Positions 18,083 to 27,732 of a stretch of DNA of 42,039 nucleotides are shown here, in pieces. The stretch is taken from contig JBKHIX010000002.1 in the NCBI GenBank assembly GCA_046538435.1, forward strand, positions 1 to 42,039, in the 5' to 3' direction. This stretch comes from Thermoplasmata archaeon (GTDB taxonomy: Archaea > Thermoplasmatota > Thermoplasmata > Halarchaeoplasmatales > Halarchaeoplasmataceae). Position 1 is the stretch's first letter. The number at the start of each line of letters is the position of its first letter. The position numbers were made by a program, and so were the translations under genes. The notes beneath the pieces are model-generated. The model did no database searches, was not told where the DNA came from, and saw only the letters and a program-made list of their open reading frames with translations.

Positions 18083-20020
18083 ATGTTCGAGATAAAACAT
18101 AAGGATGGATTGGCAAGGATATGTGATTTCGAAACACCAGACGGTGTGATAGAAACACCTTCTATAATGCCTGTTATAAACCCAAATATAGAATTGATTT
18201 CTCCTAGAAGATTACAGGAAGAATTCGGAACTCAGATTTTGATAACGAATTCCTACGTAATCTATAAGAATAAAGAACTGAGAGAAAAGGCATTGGAAAA
18301 AGGACTGCATGATATGCTTGATTACTCAGGTCCAATAATGACGGATTCTGGAACATTCCAGGCCTATGTTTACGGGAAGGTGAATATCAAACCCGATGAA
18401 ATAATCAAATTTCAAAAAGACATCGGTTCTGACATATCAACTATACTCGATCTTTTTACCGAACCAGATGACCTACGTAATGTTGTGGAGGATAAAGTTG
18501 ACCAAACCATAGAGAGAGCAAAGGATGCTGTAGAGAAATATGGTGATATGGAAGGTTTTCTTTCTCTACCGATACAAGGTTCAGTATTCACCGATCTTAG
18601 AGAATACAGTGCTAGAAAGATCTCCGAACTCGGAAACCATTTCTATCCTATAGGTGGAGTCGTTCCATTGATGGAGAATTACAGATTCAAAGAATTGGCT
18701 GGTATAATCCTGGCTTCCAAAAAAGGATTAGGGCCTAAAGGACCGGTTCATCTTTTCGGTGCTGGTCATCCCATGGTGTACCCCTGGGCTGTGCTGATGG
18801 GATGTGATCTCTTCGATTCATCTTCATACGCCAAGTACGCCAAACGTGGAGATATGATGTTTTCCACCGGAACTAAAAATTTGGCGAATATCGAGCATTT
18901 CTCATGTCAATGTCCAGTCTGCAGTTCATACACACCTGATGAATTAAAAAATGAAGATGAAGAAGCTAGGAATCGATTGATCGCAGAACATAATCTATGG
19001 ATAAGTTTCAAAGAGATCGAAAAGATAAAACAGGCCATCAAAGAAGGAAATCTTTGGGAGATGGTCGAAAGAAGAGTAAGGGCTCATCCACATCTGCTTG
19101 AATCAATGGAAAGCATATACGATTGGAACCTGTTCTTGGATTATTTCGAACCTAGAAGCAGACAGAAAGCTCTATTTTATACTGGTAGTACCACGATGAA
19201 AAGACCTGCTATCAAAAGGATTCAAAATTACTTGGTCAACGAATACGAACCCCCTCAAGACGGGCCGACCATATTTTTAGAGACGGAAGAATCAAAAAAA
19301 CCGTATCATCGATTTATGGAAGAGGCGATGAATCTATTGGATGGAAAGAAAGTTAACTTACTCGTGTCAACTCCGATTGGTCCTGTACCGCTAGAATTGG
19401 ATGAGATATATCCTATCGCACAATCGGTCTTCCCAGATTATGTTGAAAGTGAGATAGAGTTAGACAAATACTTAGAAAATAAAGATATCTCTGAAATTCT
19501 TTGGTGGAAAGGAGAAGAGACGCTTGAAAAAATACCTGATGAAAAAGGTATGCCCTTCGATGAAATGATGATATATTCCACAGCAGAGTACCAGTTCTGT
19601 AAAGGTGCTGGTGAAGTACTTACAGATGGTGAGTTAAGTTACGTTAAAAACAGAAAGGGGAGAATAAGGAACGTCTTTTTAGACGGAGAACATATACTTT
19701 CTAGAAGACATTATGACGGTTTCTTCACACTGAAAAAAGCTGGAGGAAGACTATTGAAGGAAAATTTTGAACCGCCATTATTGAGGACCCAGGTAACATA
19801 TGATAGTGCAGAATACAACTGTGAAGGTCACAATGTTTTCGCTAAATTCGTGACAGATATGTGGGAAGATCTCAGGGTAGGAGATGAAACTATAGTCGTT
19901 AATAAAAATGATGAATTGGTGGCTACTGCAAGAACTTTTCTTACAAAGAAAGAAATCGATGTATTGGACACCGGACTAGCAGCAAGGATCAGGGAAGGTT
20001 TTAAAGAATATAAAAAATAA
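18083..20020 (+). CDS. tgtA: Archaeosine tRNA-guanine transglycosylase (ArcTGT) with C-terminal PUA region
   Basis: 645 aa. MFEIKHKDGLARICDFETPDGVIETPSIMPV, DSGTFQ, a Zn site CQCPVCSSY ... H, and a C-terminal extension typical of ArcTGT. Confidence 0.92.
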   Translation: MFEIKHKDGLARICDFETPDGVIETPSIMPVINPNIELISPRRLQEEFGTQILITNSYVIYKNKELREKALEKGLHDMLDYSGPIMTDSGTFQAYVYGKVNIKPDEIIKFQKDIGSDISTILDLFTEPDDLRNVVEDKVDQTIERAKDAVEKYGDMEGFLSLPIQGSVFTDLREYSARKISELGNHFYPIGGVVPLMENYRFKELAGIILASKKGLGPKGPVHLFGAGHPMVYPWAVLMGCDLFDSSSYAKYAKRGDMMFSTGTKNLANIEHFSCQCPVCSSYTPDELKNEDEEARNRLIAEHNLWISFKEIEKIKQAIKEGNLWEMVERRVRAHPHLLESMESIYDWNLFLDYFEPRSRQKALFYTGSTTMKRPAIKRIQNYLVNEYEPPQDGPTIFLETEESKKPYHRFMEEAMNLLDGKKVNLLVSTPIGPVPLELDEIYPIAQSVFPDYVESEIELDKYLENKDISEILWWKGEETLEKIPDEKGMPFDEMMIYSTAEYQFCKGAGEVLTDGELSYVKNRKGRIRNVFLDGEHILSRRHYDGFFTLKKAGGRLLKENFEPPLLRTQVTYDSAEYNCEGHNVFAKFVTDMWEDLRVGDETIVVNKNDELVATARTFLTKKEIDVLDTGLAARIREGFKEYKK

Positions 20021-20069
20021 CATCTACATCCATCAATCTAAAATACTACCCTCTATAATGTGATTTCCG

Positions 20070-21830
20070 ATGCGAATAGCGGTAGTTCTAGAGGATAAAT
20101 GCCAGCCCAAAAGATGCAGTTACGAATGCATAAATTACTGTCCTAGAGTGAGGACCGGTGATGAGACCATAACTAAAACAGAGGGCGGTATAAAGATTTC
20201 AGAAGAATTATGTTCTGGCTGTGGTATATGTGTCGATAAGTGTCCATTCGATGCTATAAAGATAATAAATCTACCCGAAGAATTGGACACCGACTTAATA
20301 CATCAATTCGGGGAAAACAGTTTTCGTTTATACCGATTACCGGTTCCTGAAGAAGGGCAAGTAATTGGTCTTCTTGGTGCTAATGGGATAGGTAAAACAA
20401 CAGCTATCAGGATACTTTCAGGTGACATAAAACCTAACCTAGGAAAGTATGAAGAGGATGTATCTTTGGATCACGTTTTAGATAAGTATTCTGGAACTGC
20501 ATTAGGAGACTATTTCTCAAAATTAGATACGCAAAAATATGAAACTTCATTGAAACCACAATATGTGGATAAAATACCCGCTCATTTTTCGGGTAAGGTT
20601 GAGGACCTACTATCGGGCGTAGGCGATGATTACATGAGGTGGGTTGAAACACTTAATATTGAAAACACTCTAGATTCTAGTGTGAAAAATTTGTCTGGTG
20701 GTGAACTTCAAAGAGTTGCTATAGCTGCATCATCTACTAACGAGGCTGATATCTATTTCTACGACGAACCATCATCTTACTTAGATATAAAGCAGAGATT
20801 GAACGTAGCTAAAGCCATAAGAGAAAAAAGTAAGGATAGCCAGGTCATGGTCATCGAGCACGACCTAGCTGTTTTAGATTTCTTGGCAGATAATATCCAT
20901 ATCTTGTATGGTTCTAGAGGTGCTTATGGTGTTGTAACGCATCCCAAGGGTGTGCGAAAAGCGATAAACACTTACTTACACGGGTTCCTGCAGGAAGAAA
21001 ACATCAGATTTAGAAATGCAGATATCGAATTCGAAAAACATGCACCTAAAAAAGAATGGCATTCGAACCCTCTCATCGAATATGATAAACTGGTTAAGGA
21101 GTGGGATTCATTCAAACTGGAAACGGAGAAAGGAGAGATCCCAGAAGGTGAAGTAGTTGGAGTGGTGGGTCCAAATGCTACGGGTAAAACAACTTTCGTC
21201 AAGATGCTAGCCGATGTGATAGAACCAACAGAGGGAAATATCGAGAAGAAGATAAACGTAAGCTACAAACCCCAATACATCAAAGCTGACTATAGGGGCA
21301 GAGTTATGGACCTCTACAACACAGAAATTAGTGAAACGTTTCATTCAAGTTTCTTCGAGTCTGAGGTAATCAAACCTCTCGAGCTAGAAGAACTTTTGGA
21401 ACGTGAAGTGATGAACTTATCTGGCGGAGAACTCCAAAGAGCAGTTATCGCATTGTGTTTAGGAAGGAATGCGGATCTCTACCTTATCGATGAACCGAGT
21501 GCTTACCTTGATGCCTCTAGAAGGATGGACGCAGCTAAAGTCATTCGAAGATTCATGGAAAAAACTGACAAAGCTGGAATGATCGTTGATCACGATGTAT
21601 ATTTCATCGATTACGTATCAGATTTGATAATGAACTTCAACGGTATTCCAGGTGAACACGGTTATGGAAAGGGACCATTTGAGATGCGTGAAGGTATGAA
21701 CAATTTCCTAAAAGAACTTGAGATCACTTTCAGAAGGGATGCTGAAACCAACAGGCCCAGAGTTAATAAATTAAACTCTAGACTGGATAGAAAACAAAAA
21801 TCAGAGGGAGAGTACTACTACTCTAAATAG
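20070..21830 (+). CDS. abcE1: ABCE1 / RNase L inhibitor-type ribosome recycling ATPase
   Basis: 586 aa. N-terminal double 4Fe-4S Cys clusters (CQPKRCSYECINYCP; CSGCGICVDKCP). Two ABC domains (GANGIGKTT, GPNATGKTT, and LSGGELQR twice). Confidence 0.95.
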   Translation: MRIAVVLEDKCQPKRCSYECINYCPRVRTGDETITKTEGGIKISEELCSGCGICVDKCPFDAIKIINLPEELDTDLIHQFGENSFRLYRLPVPEEGQVIGLLGANGIGKTTAIRILSGDIKPNLGKYEEDVSLDHVLDKYSGTALGDYFSKLDTQKYETSLKPQYVDKIPAHFSGKVEDLLSGVGDDYMRWVETLNIENTLDSSVKNLSGGELQRVAIAASSTNEADIYFYDEPSSYLDIKQRLNVAKAIREKSKDSQVMVIEHDLAVLDFLADNIHILYGSRGAYGVVTHPKGVRKAINTYLHGFLQEENIRFRNADIEFEKHAPKKEWHSNPLIEYDKLVKEWDSFKLETEKGEIPEGEVVGVVGPNATGKTTFVKMLADVIEPTEGNIEKKINVSYKPQYIKADYRGRVMDLYNTEISETFHSSFFESEVIKPLELEELLEREVMNLSGGELQRAVIALCLGRNADLYLIDEPSAYLDASRRMDAAKVIRRFMEKTDKAGMIVDHDVYFIDYVSDLIMNFNGIPGEHGYGKGPFEMREGMNNFLKELEITFRRDAETNRPRVNKLNSRLDRKQKSEGEYYYSK

Positions 21831-22827
21831 TCGCCATATTTTCTATAGGTAATTTTTCTTCAATATCTTCTGCCATGAATTTGATACCGCGTTTTCTCTC
21901 TTCCGAAGGGACTAAATTTTCAACCAATATCTGACCATCTGGATATTCTGTCTGTTCGACTTTTATCTTTTTTTGTTTGTGTAAAAATAGGACTGAGACC
22001 ATAGCAGTTACAATATCTCCTATCCTGCTATCATGGATCATGTTAAAGGTTATAACGTTCTGTTCATAACAGCATATCCTGTCCCAAATCATGCCGATAT
22101 CATGGTACAAGTCCTCTTTGTGAGAACGGGTATCATAATTTTCCTCTCGATCCCTCATCTCCTGCTCTCTCTCTTCCTTCTTCTCTTTCCTGATTTTTTC
22201 CATCTTCTCTCTGTATTTAGCTTCCTTCTTCGCTTCTTCAAAAGCATCTACGAGCTGGATCAGTGAAACTGGGTTCTTTTCTTCTCTCCTTATCGCTTTA
22301 TCCAACGGTTGATTATCACTTTCCACCACTTCTTCCTGAAAATCAATATCTTCAGGTTCTTCATACAATTCATAATCATAAACATCCCAATCAGAAAAGA
22401 ATGTATCCTCTATAACTTCTTCTTCCTGTTCCTGACTTTGCTCAGCATCATAAAGGACTTCTTCACACTGCATCTTTAGGATAGACCAGGCCATGTTTAC
22501 AAGCTGACCCGCCACTAAAAAGTTGATATTTTCCTGATCTTTAGCTTCCTCAAGATACATCTTGGTAAATGATATTAAATCTATATCCCATGGATCCATC
22601 TTTTCATCTATTACAAGCTTGAAAACTGAAGCGATAGCACATTCAAAAGGATCGTTAGATATCTGGTAACCATCGTCATCCATATTATTGATCATGGTGA
22701 TATATTCGTCTATTCTCTCTCCTGAGCGTTCTTCATCGATCAAAGATTTATGAAAAATGAGGTGGTTGATAACTTCATCTGTCGATTCACCTACCTCAAC
22801 GATCGGTTTCTCTACTTCACAGACCAT
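21823..22827 (-). CDS. scpA: Segregation and condensation protein A (kleisin ScpA), expanded charged linker
   Basis: 334 aa. The N-terminal KMDPWDIDLISFTKMYL...FLVAGQLVNMAWSILKMQ is typical of ScpA. The ATG directly abuts the smc stop (TAGATG). Confidence 0.8.
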   Translation of the reverse strand: MVCEVEKPIVEVGESTDEVINHLIFHKSLIDEERSGERIDEYITMINNMDDDGYQISNDPFECAIASVFKLVIDEKMDPWDIDLISFTKMYLEEAKDQENINFLVAGQLVNMAWSILKMQCEEVLYDAEQSQEQEEEVIEDTFFSDWDVYDYELYEEPEDIDFQEEVVESDNQPLDKAIRREEKNPVSLIQLVDAFEEAKKEAKYREKMEKIRKEKKEEREQEMRDREENYDTRSHKEDLYHDIGMIWDRICCYEQNVITFNMIHDSRIGDIVTAMVSVLFLHKQKKIKVEQTEYPDGQILVENLVPSEERKRGIKFMAEDIEEKLPIENMATI

Positions 22828-25800
22828 CTACTGCACCTCCGTTGTCAATTTACTGACCTCTGAAAATTCAGGAATATCTTTTTCTTTACTATCTCCTATA
22901 TTCACCTTCATTATCACGTCAGAGATACCGTTTTCATGTATTGTTACACCTATGATATGATCCGATTTCTTCAATGTGACCTTTCTCAAAGAGATTTGGA
23001 TGAACTGAGCAGATTCAGAATTCCTCTTTATCATCCCAGCTACGTTTTCAGCGTTTATACCGTCTAGATTCTGATCTATCTCATCCAGCAAGTAAAACGG
23101 CGATGGGTCATACATCTGTATAGAGAATATGAAGGCCATGCTGACAAGGCTCTTCTCTCCGCCAGATAATGCATCGATCCTGTGCACTTTCTTTCCCGGA
23201 GGTCTAGCTTTAATTATCAATCCACCTTCGAATGGTTTTTCCTCATTTTGGAGTTCAAGGTGTGCTTCACCACCACCTGATAAATTGTTGTACACTTTCT
23301 GGAAGTTTTTATCGATTTCTTTCTTTACCTTCATCAGACCTTCTTTCTTCTTCACATCCATCTCGTCGATCAATTTATTCAGTTCTTCTCTCCTGTTTTC
23401 CAGCTCAGTGTACTCATCTTTGAGCTTCTCCATTCTTTCTTTCTTCTTCTTGTAATCCTCTAGAGCCCGCATATTTACCGGCTGAAGATCTTCCATTCTA
23501 TTCTCACATTTCCTAATCGTGTGTTTCAGTTCTTTCATCTTTGGTAATTCTTCGCCCGAATAGCCCAAATCATCATCTAAATCGTTTTTAAGCTCTTCTA
23601 AACTCTCTCTTTCATTCTTCAACTTTTGTTTAAGACTTAGGATATACTTCTTCTTGGACTCGATCTCAGTCTCGATATTATCTATTTTATGCTTGATATC
23701 CATCCTTTCTTCTTTCTTTTCGTCTAAACTCTGTCTTAAATCCTCCAACTCCTCATCCATCGAGTCCTGCTCTTCCTTAAGATCTTCTAGTTCATCCCTC
23801 TTCTCCTCGATCTTAGATTTGAGTTTTTTGATCTTGGATTCTTTCTGCTTGTTTTCTTCTTTCAATTTTTTCTTCTCTTCTTCAAGATCATCGATATTAT
23901 CGTTTATGATGCCTTTTTCATTCTTCTTTTTTTCCAACTCAGAATCGAGCTTGTTGATCCTTTTGTCGATCTCAACTTCTTTATCCTTTAACTTAGTTAA
24001 TTTTGATGATAATTCTTCTGGACTTATCTTCTTTATCTTTTCAGATATCTCATGTCTCCTATCTTTCAGCTGTTCAATCTCATTCTCTATATATTGTACT
24101 GAATGATTCAACTGTTCTAAAGTATCTTCCAACTCACTCTTCTCATTCTTCTTATCCTCTAGATCTGACTTTTTTTTCTTTATCTTCTTGTTTAACCGTT
24201 CAACTCTAGATTCTAATTCCGATTGTTCCTGGGGACTTCCTTCATTCTGCAGTTCCTGCATTTCGTCCTGTATCTCCTGCATCTCGTTTTCTACTTCATT
24301 CAGCTGGTCAGACACTCGCTCTAGATTATCTCTAGTCATCTGTAATTCTTTACTGACTCTGTCTAATTTACCTCTATCCGGTGCATTGAAACTCATCATG
24401 TTCTTTCTAAGAGTTCCACCTTTCATAGCCCCGCTTTTTTCTATCTGCTCACCTTCTAGAGTCACCATACGGACTCCTCCCATGTACTGTCTTGCAGAGT
24501 CGATATCTTTCATAACTACTGTATCACCGAATACATACCAGAATACATTCTCATATTTCTCATCATAATCTACTAATTCTAGAGCGAAATCCACAGCCTC
24601 TTCTTTCTTCACAACTCTGAGCGCTTTACCTCTCGGTCGTCCAGTTCTCATCTTGTTTAAAGGTAAGAAAGTAGCTCTACCGGATTTATTCTTCTTCAAC
24701 AACTTTATGGCTTCAGAAGCAACACTGTCATCTTCTACAACTATGGACTGCATCCTTCCGCCTGCTGCCACAGACAAGGCTGTCTCATACTGATCATCAA
24801 CATCTGCTAACTCAGCTATAGTTCCGTGAACACCTGATATTCCACCCTTATCACGTGCTTCTAAGACAGTCGTAACAGCCCTAGTGTAACCTTTCTTGAC
24901 GGATTTAGCTGCCTCCTCTTCCGCTTTAAGTTGATTATACTTTCTTGTTAATCTGTCCACTCTATCTTCTAAGTCACTTTTATCTTTCCTCAAACTTTTC
25001 TCTTTTTGCTTTTTAGAATGGAACTTTTCTTTCAACTCTTTGAGCCTTTCATCATGCTGTTCATTATCTTTCTTGATCTCTTTAAGGTCCCATTTTGCTT
25101 CTTTCTTTTCAAATTCCAGACCTTCTAATTCTTCTTCCAATTCAGATATCTCTTCTACTAAACGATCGATATTGTCCTCTTTTCTATCCAATTCTACTTT
25201 CTTTTCGGACAAAGAATCGGTTTTTTTATCTATCTTTTTCTTGACTTTAAGACCTTCTTTTCTAAGATCAGTTATCCTCTCATCAGAATCAGACTGCTTC
25301 TCCTGGATCTCTTCTATCTCTTCACTGACTTCTTCTACTTCTTCCTTTTTTTCAGCCTTTTCTTCCTCTATCTCTCTGATCCTTGATTTTACCTCAGATA
25401 ATTTTTCACGTTTATTCTGAAGTTCATCGATTACTAACTCCCTTCTTTCTTTATTCTTTTCGATAGTATATTCAGCATCTTCTTTTCTATCTTCACTTCT
25501 TCCTATCTCCAATCTTAGATCATTTATCTTACTCTGGAGCTCTTTACTTTTTCCTCCACCCTGTACCTTTAGTTCGTCCTTCAGATCACTTATCTGATCG
25601 AGGAGTTCCTGAACCCTATCTTTCAATTCTTCTTTTTTCTCTTTTTTATTTTCTATCTTTTGCTTGGTCTCTTCTATATCGTCTTGGATAGAAGCGATAT
25701 TGTTTTGAGTGTTATTGATCATCTTCCAGGTCTTCTTTTCCTTAGCCTCAGACACTTTGTCAGACAGTTCCTGGTACTTCAAAGCTTTCTTTCTATCGTC

Positions 25801-26433
25801 TTCTAATTCATCTACTTGAGTCTTTATCTCATCTAGAAGGATACTTATCCTCTCAAGATCGTCATTGACCTGCTCTTTTTTCTCCTCAGCCTCTTCGATC
25901 TCGCTATCGTATTCACTTATTCCGGATATATCATCCAATATCCTCCTCCTCTCAAGATCACTCATCTCAACGATTTTAGATATATCTCCCTGCTGGACTA
26001 AGTTGTAACCATCTGCTGATATACGTGCATGAGATAATAATCTTTGAAATTCTGATAACTTAGATGATCTTCCATTTATATAAAAATAAGAGTTGTATCC
26101 CTGCTGATTATCTGATCGTTTTATTTTTCTAGTAAAAGTTACAGTATCAGAATCTTGTGGTATAGCTCTATCCTCATTTTCAAATATAAGACTTACTTTA
26201 CATCTATCTGCAGGCTTCCCTTCTTTTCCACCATTAAAAATCAAATCTGTCAGACGGCCTGCTCTTATCTCCTTCGAACTTTTAGGACCGAGAACAAAAA
26301 GTATCGCATCACCAATATTTGACTTACCAGATCCATTTGGTCCAGTGATATTGGTATAGCCTTCCTTAAAAGGTATCTCCATATTTTTCCCAAAAGATTT
26401 GAAGTTCTCCATCCTGATCTTCTTTAAATACAA
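22828..26433 (-). CDS. smc: SMC chromosome condensation ATPase
   Basis: 1201 aa. TTG start with AGGAGGA at 26441-26447. FKSF, Walker A GPNGSGKSN, long E/K coiled coils, a hinge around GVHGTIAEL, signature LSGGEKS and Walker B YLLDEID. Confidence 0.97.
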   Translation of the reverse strand: MYLKKIRMENFKSFGKNMEIPFKEGYTNITGPNGSGKSNIGDAILFVLGPKSSKEIRAGRLTDLIFNGGKEGKPADRCKVSLIFENEDRAIPQDSDTVTFTRKIKRSDNQQGYNSYFYINGRSSKLSEFQRLLSHARISADGYNLVQQGDISKIVEMSDLERRRILDDISGISEYDSEIEEAEEKKEQVNDDLERISILLDEIKTQVDELEDDRKKALKYQELSDKVSEAKEKKTWKMINNTQNNIASIQDDIEETKQKIENKKEKKEELKDRVQELLDQISDLKDELKVQGGGKSKELQSKINDLRLEIGRSEDRKEDAEYTIEKNKERRELVIDELQNKREKLSEVKSRIREIEEEKAEKKEEVEEVSEEIEEIQEKQSDSDERITDLRKEGLKVKKKIDKKTDSLSEKKVELDRKEDNIDRLVEEISELEEELEGLEFEKKEAKWDLKEIKKDNEQHDERLKELKEKFHSKKQKEKSLRKDKSDLEDRVDRLTRKYNQLKAEEEAAKSVKKGYTRAVTTVLEARDKGGISGVHGTIAELADVDDQYETALSVAAGGRMQSIVVEDDSVASEAIKLLKKNKSGRATFLPLNKMRTGRPRGKALRVVKKEEAVDFALELVDYDEKYENVFWYVFGDTVVMKDIDSARQYMGGVRMVTLEGEQIEKSGAMKGGTLRKNMMSFNAPDRGKLDRVSKELQMTRDNLERVSDQLNEVENEMQEIQDEMQELQNEGSPQEQSELESRVERLNKKIKKKKSDLEDKKNEKSELEDTLEQLNHSVQYIENEIEQLKDRRHEISEKIKKISPEELSSKLTKLKDKEVEIDKRINKLDSELEKKKNEKGIINDNIDDLEEEKKKLKEENKQKESKIKKLKSKIEEKRDELEDLKEEQDSMDEELEDLRQSLDEKKEERMDIKHKIDNIETEIESKKKYILSLKQKLKNERESLEELKNDLDDDLGYSGEELPKMKELKHTIRKCENRMEDLQPVNMRALEDYKKKKERMEKLKDEYTELENRREELNKLIDEMDVKKKEGLMKVKKEIDKNFQKVYNNLSGGGEAHLELQNEEKPFEGGLIIKARPPGKKVHRIDALSGGEKSLVSMAFIFSIQMYDPSPFYLLDEIDQNLDGINAENVAGMIKRNSESAQFIQISLRKVTLKKSDHIIGVTIHENGISDVIMKVNIGDSKEKDIPEFSEVSKLTTEVQ

Positions 26434-26621
26434 AATATCTTCCTCCTATGAAAAGCCCTGGCTAGGGCACTGTACTGCTTTGTTCCTTTAGAGTGCATAT
26501 TAAAATCCCATCCCATTGGGAAATCTATTGTCCGACGCTAAAGTTATATTCGTCGGACACTATTCATTATCCGAGTAAAAGTATAAAAGCGTTGCGGTAT
26601 TAATCCGCGAAAATATCAAGT

Positions 26622-26786
26622 TTATTGTAAAGTTTGTTTCTGTATTTTCTTGAACAACTCAAGAGCCATCTGTGCCTGCATGTCTCCGTTCTCTACAACG
26701 TTGTCGAAAACAAAAAACATAGTCATAAATTGGTCTGATTCATCTATATCTTCATTTTCAATATTGATATCTATCTTACCAGCCAT
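26622..26786 (-). CDS. Small acidic hypothetical protein (54 aa, not in the ORF track)
   Basis: My own translation gives MAGKIDINIENEDIDESDQFMTMFFVFDNVVENGDMQAQMALELFKKIQKQTLQ. AGGTG lies about 10 nt upstream of the ATG. It starts 37 nt downstream of the DUF655 gene on the same strand. I did not recognise a family. Confidence 0.35.
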   Translation of the reverse strand: MAGKIDINIENEDIDESDQFMTMFFVFDNVVENGDMQAQMALELFKKIQKQTLQ

Positions 26787-26823
26787 TCTATACAACACCT
26801 TTATAGAAATATGTATGAAAGTA

Positions 26824-27375
26824 CTACTCTGCCACCCACACCTTATATTTTATATCCGGTTTCTTCAATTCTTCTAGTATTCTCTCTTTTATTAGTTTCT
26901 TTGGTTTGTGTATCAATGGTACTCTTTCACTTAAATCTTCAAAACTTTCGAATTCACCATTCTTTTTTCTCTCATCTAAAAGAGAGTTCATTTTCTTTTT
27001 CCCTAATCCGGGCAGCAGTTCCAGCATATGATATCTTTTTGTTATAGGCCTAGCATTATTATAGAACTGGAGGAATCGTTCTTCATTACTGTTTATAATA
27101 TCTTCTATTATATATGGAGTCTCACTCTGGGCAGCATGTGTCAATTCATCCCATCTGATCCTTCTTTTCACATGTTTGATTTTCTCTCTCTTGTCCATAT
27201 CCTTTCCGATATATACTTTATCGCCGACGATTATATTTTGATCCTGCTTAGGTATGAGTTCAAATAATTTAAATTCATCTTTCCCCAGAGCAAGAACTAA
27301 ACTTTCATGCTTATAGCCCCTTTCATCAGGTCTTCCTTCCGCAAGGTAATCAATAACGTACGCGTAGTCCTCCAT
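26824..27375 (-). CDS. DUF655-family putative RNA/nucleotide-binding protein (OB + helix-hairpin-helix)
   Basis: 183 aa. MEDYAYVIDYLAEGRP ..., FLQFYNNARPITKRYHMLELLPGLGKKKMNSLLDERKK and FESFEDLSERV are characteristic. It sits in the conserved position downstream of rpoF-rpl21e. Confidence 0.85.
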   Translation of the reverse strand: MEDYAYVIDYLAEGRPDERGYKHESLVLALGKDEFKLFELIPKQDQNIIVGDKVYIGKDMDKREKIKHVKRRIRWDELTHAAQSETPYIIEDIINSNEERFLQFYNNARPITKRYHMLELLPGLGKKKMNSLLDERKKNGEFESFEDLSERVPLIHKPKKLIKERILEELKKPDIKYKVWVAE

Positions 27376-27384
27376 ATTCCTCCC

Positions 27385-27720
27385 TCAAATATATTTTTTC
27401 ATTAAATTTATAATTTCTTCTACTTCATCGTTAGAAGGTGTATATCTATCTTGCTGAAATATAGCCCTTACACCGTTTTTATCTTTGGGCAATATATCCG
27501 CTGTTTTGAAAGCTAATTCTTCACTCATGAAGTCAAATTCTTTCAATAAATCGTTAATCAATTTTTTAGTATCTTCAGGAGATAGTTTTACAAATTTTTC
27601 AGCATGACTCAAAGCTAAGCTCTGTTCATATGATAGTTCTCTATTATCTGCTTCTTCAGATAAAAGCGATTTTACTTCGGATAACGATACGTACCGTGAT
27701 TCCTTTTCTTCTTCTGCCAT
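27385..27720 (-). CDS. rpoF: DNA-directed RNA polymerase subunit Rpo4 (RpoF)
   Basis: About 111 aa. The layout YVSLSEVKSLLSEE...LSYEQSLALSHAEKF...LSPEDTKKLINDL is typical of RpoF. I prefer the ATG at 27720, which has AGGTGA 8 nt upstream, to the GTG at 27732. Confidence 0.8.
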   Translation of the reverse strand: MAEEEKESRYVSLSEVKSLLSEEADNRELSYEQSLALSHAEKFVKLSPEDTKKLINDLLKEFDFMSEELAFKTADILPKDKNGVRAIFQQDRYTPSNDEVEEIINLMKKYI

Positions 27721-27732
27721 AACAATACTCAC

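Noticed and set aside
23129-25420. Multiple plus-strand ORFs (63-150 aa) inside the smc gene, rich in Ser/Phe/Leu.
   Set aside because: They are the antisense reading of E/K-rich coiled-coil codons (GAA/AAG read as TTC/CTT). They are low-complexity, have no start context, and lie entirely within a well-supported 1201-aa SMC gene.
26530-26562. 8-bp hairpin followed by ACA on the minus strand, considered as an H/ACA guide RNA. C/D-box motifs were also looked for.
   Set aside because: The stem-loop is far too short for a pseudouridylation pocket plus K-turn. No convincing C (RUGAUGA) and D (CUGA) box pair is present. I kept it only as part of the generic structured-spacer finding.
26650-27047. 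Two plus-strand ORFs (75 and 78 aa).
   Set aside because: They run antisense to the DUF655 gene and to the small acidic ORF. Their composition is typical of antisense frames, and no motif is present.
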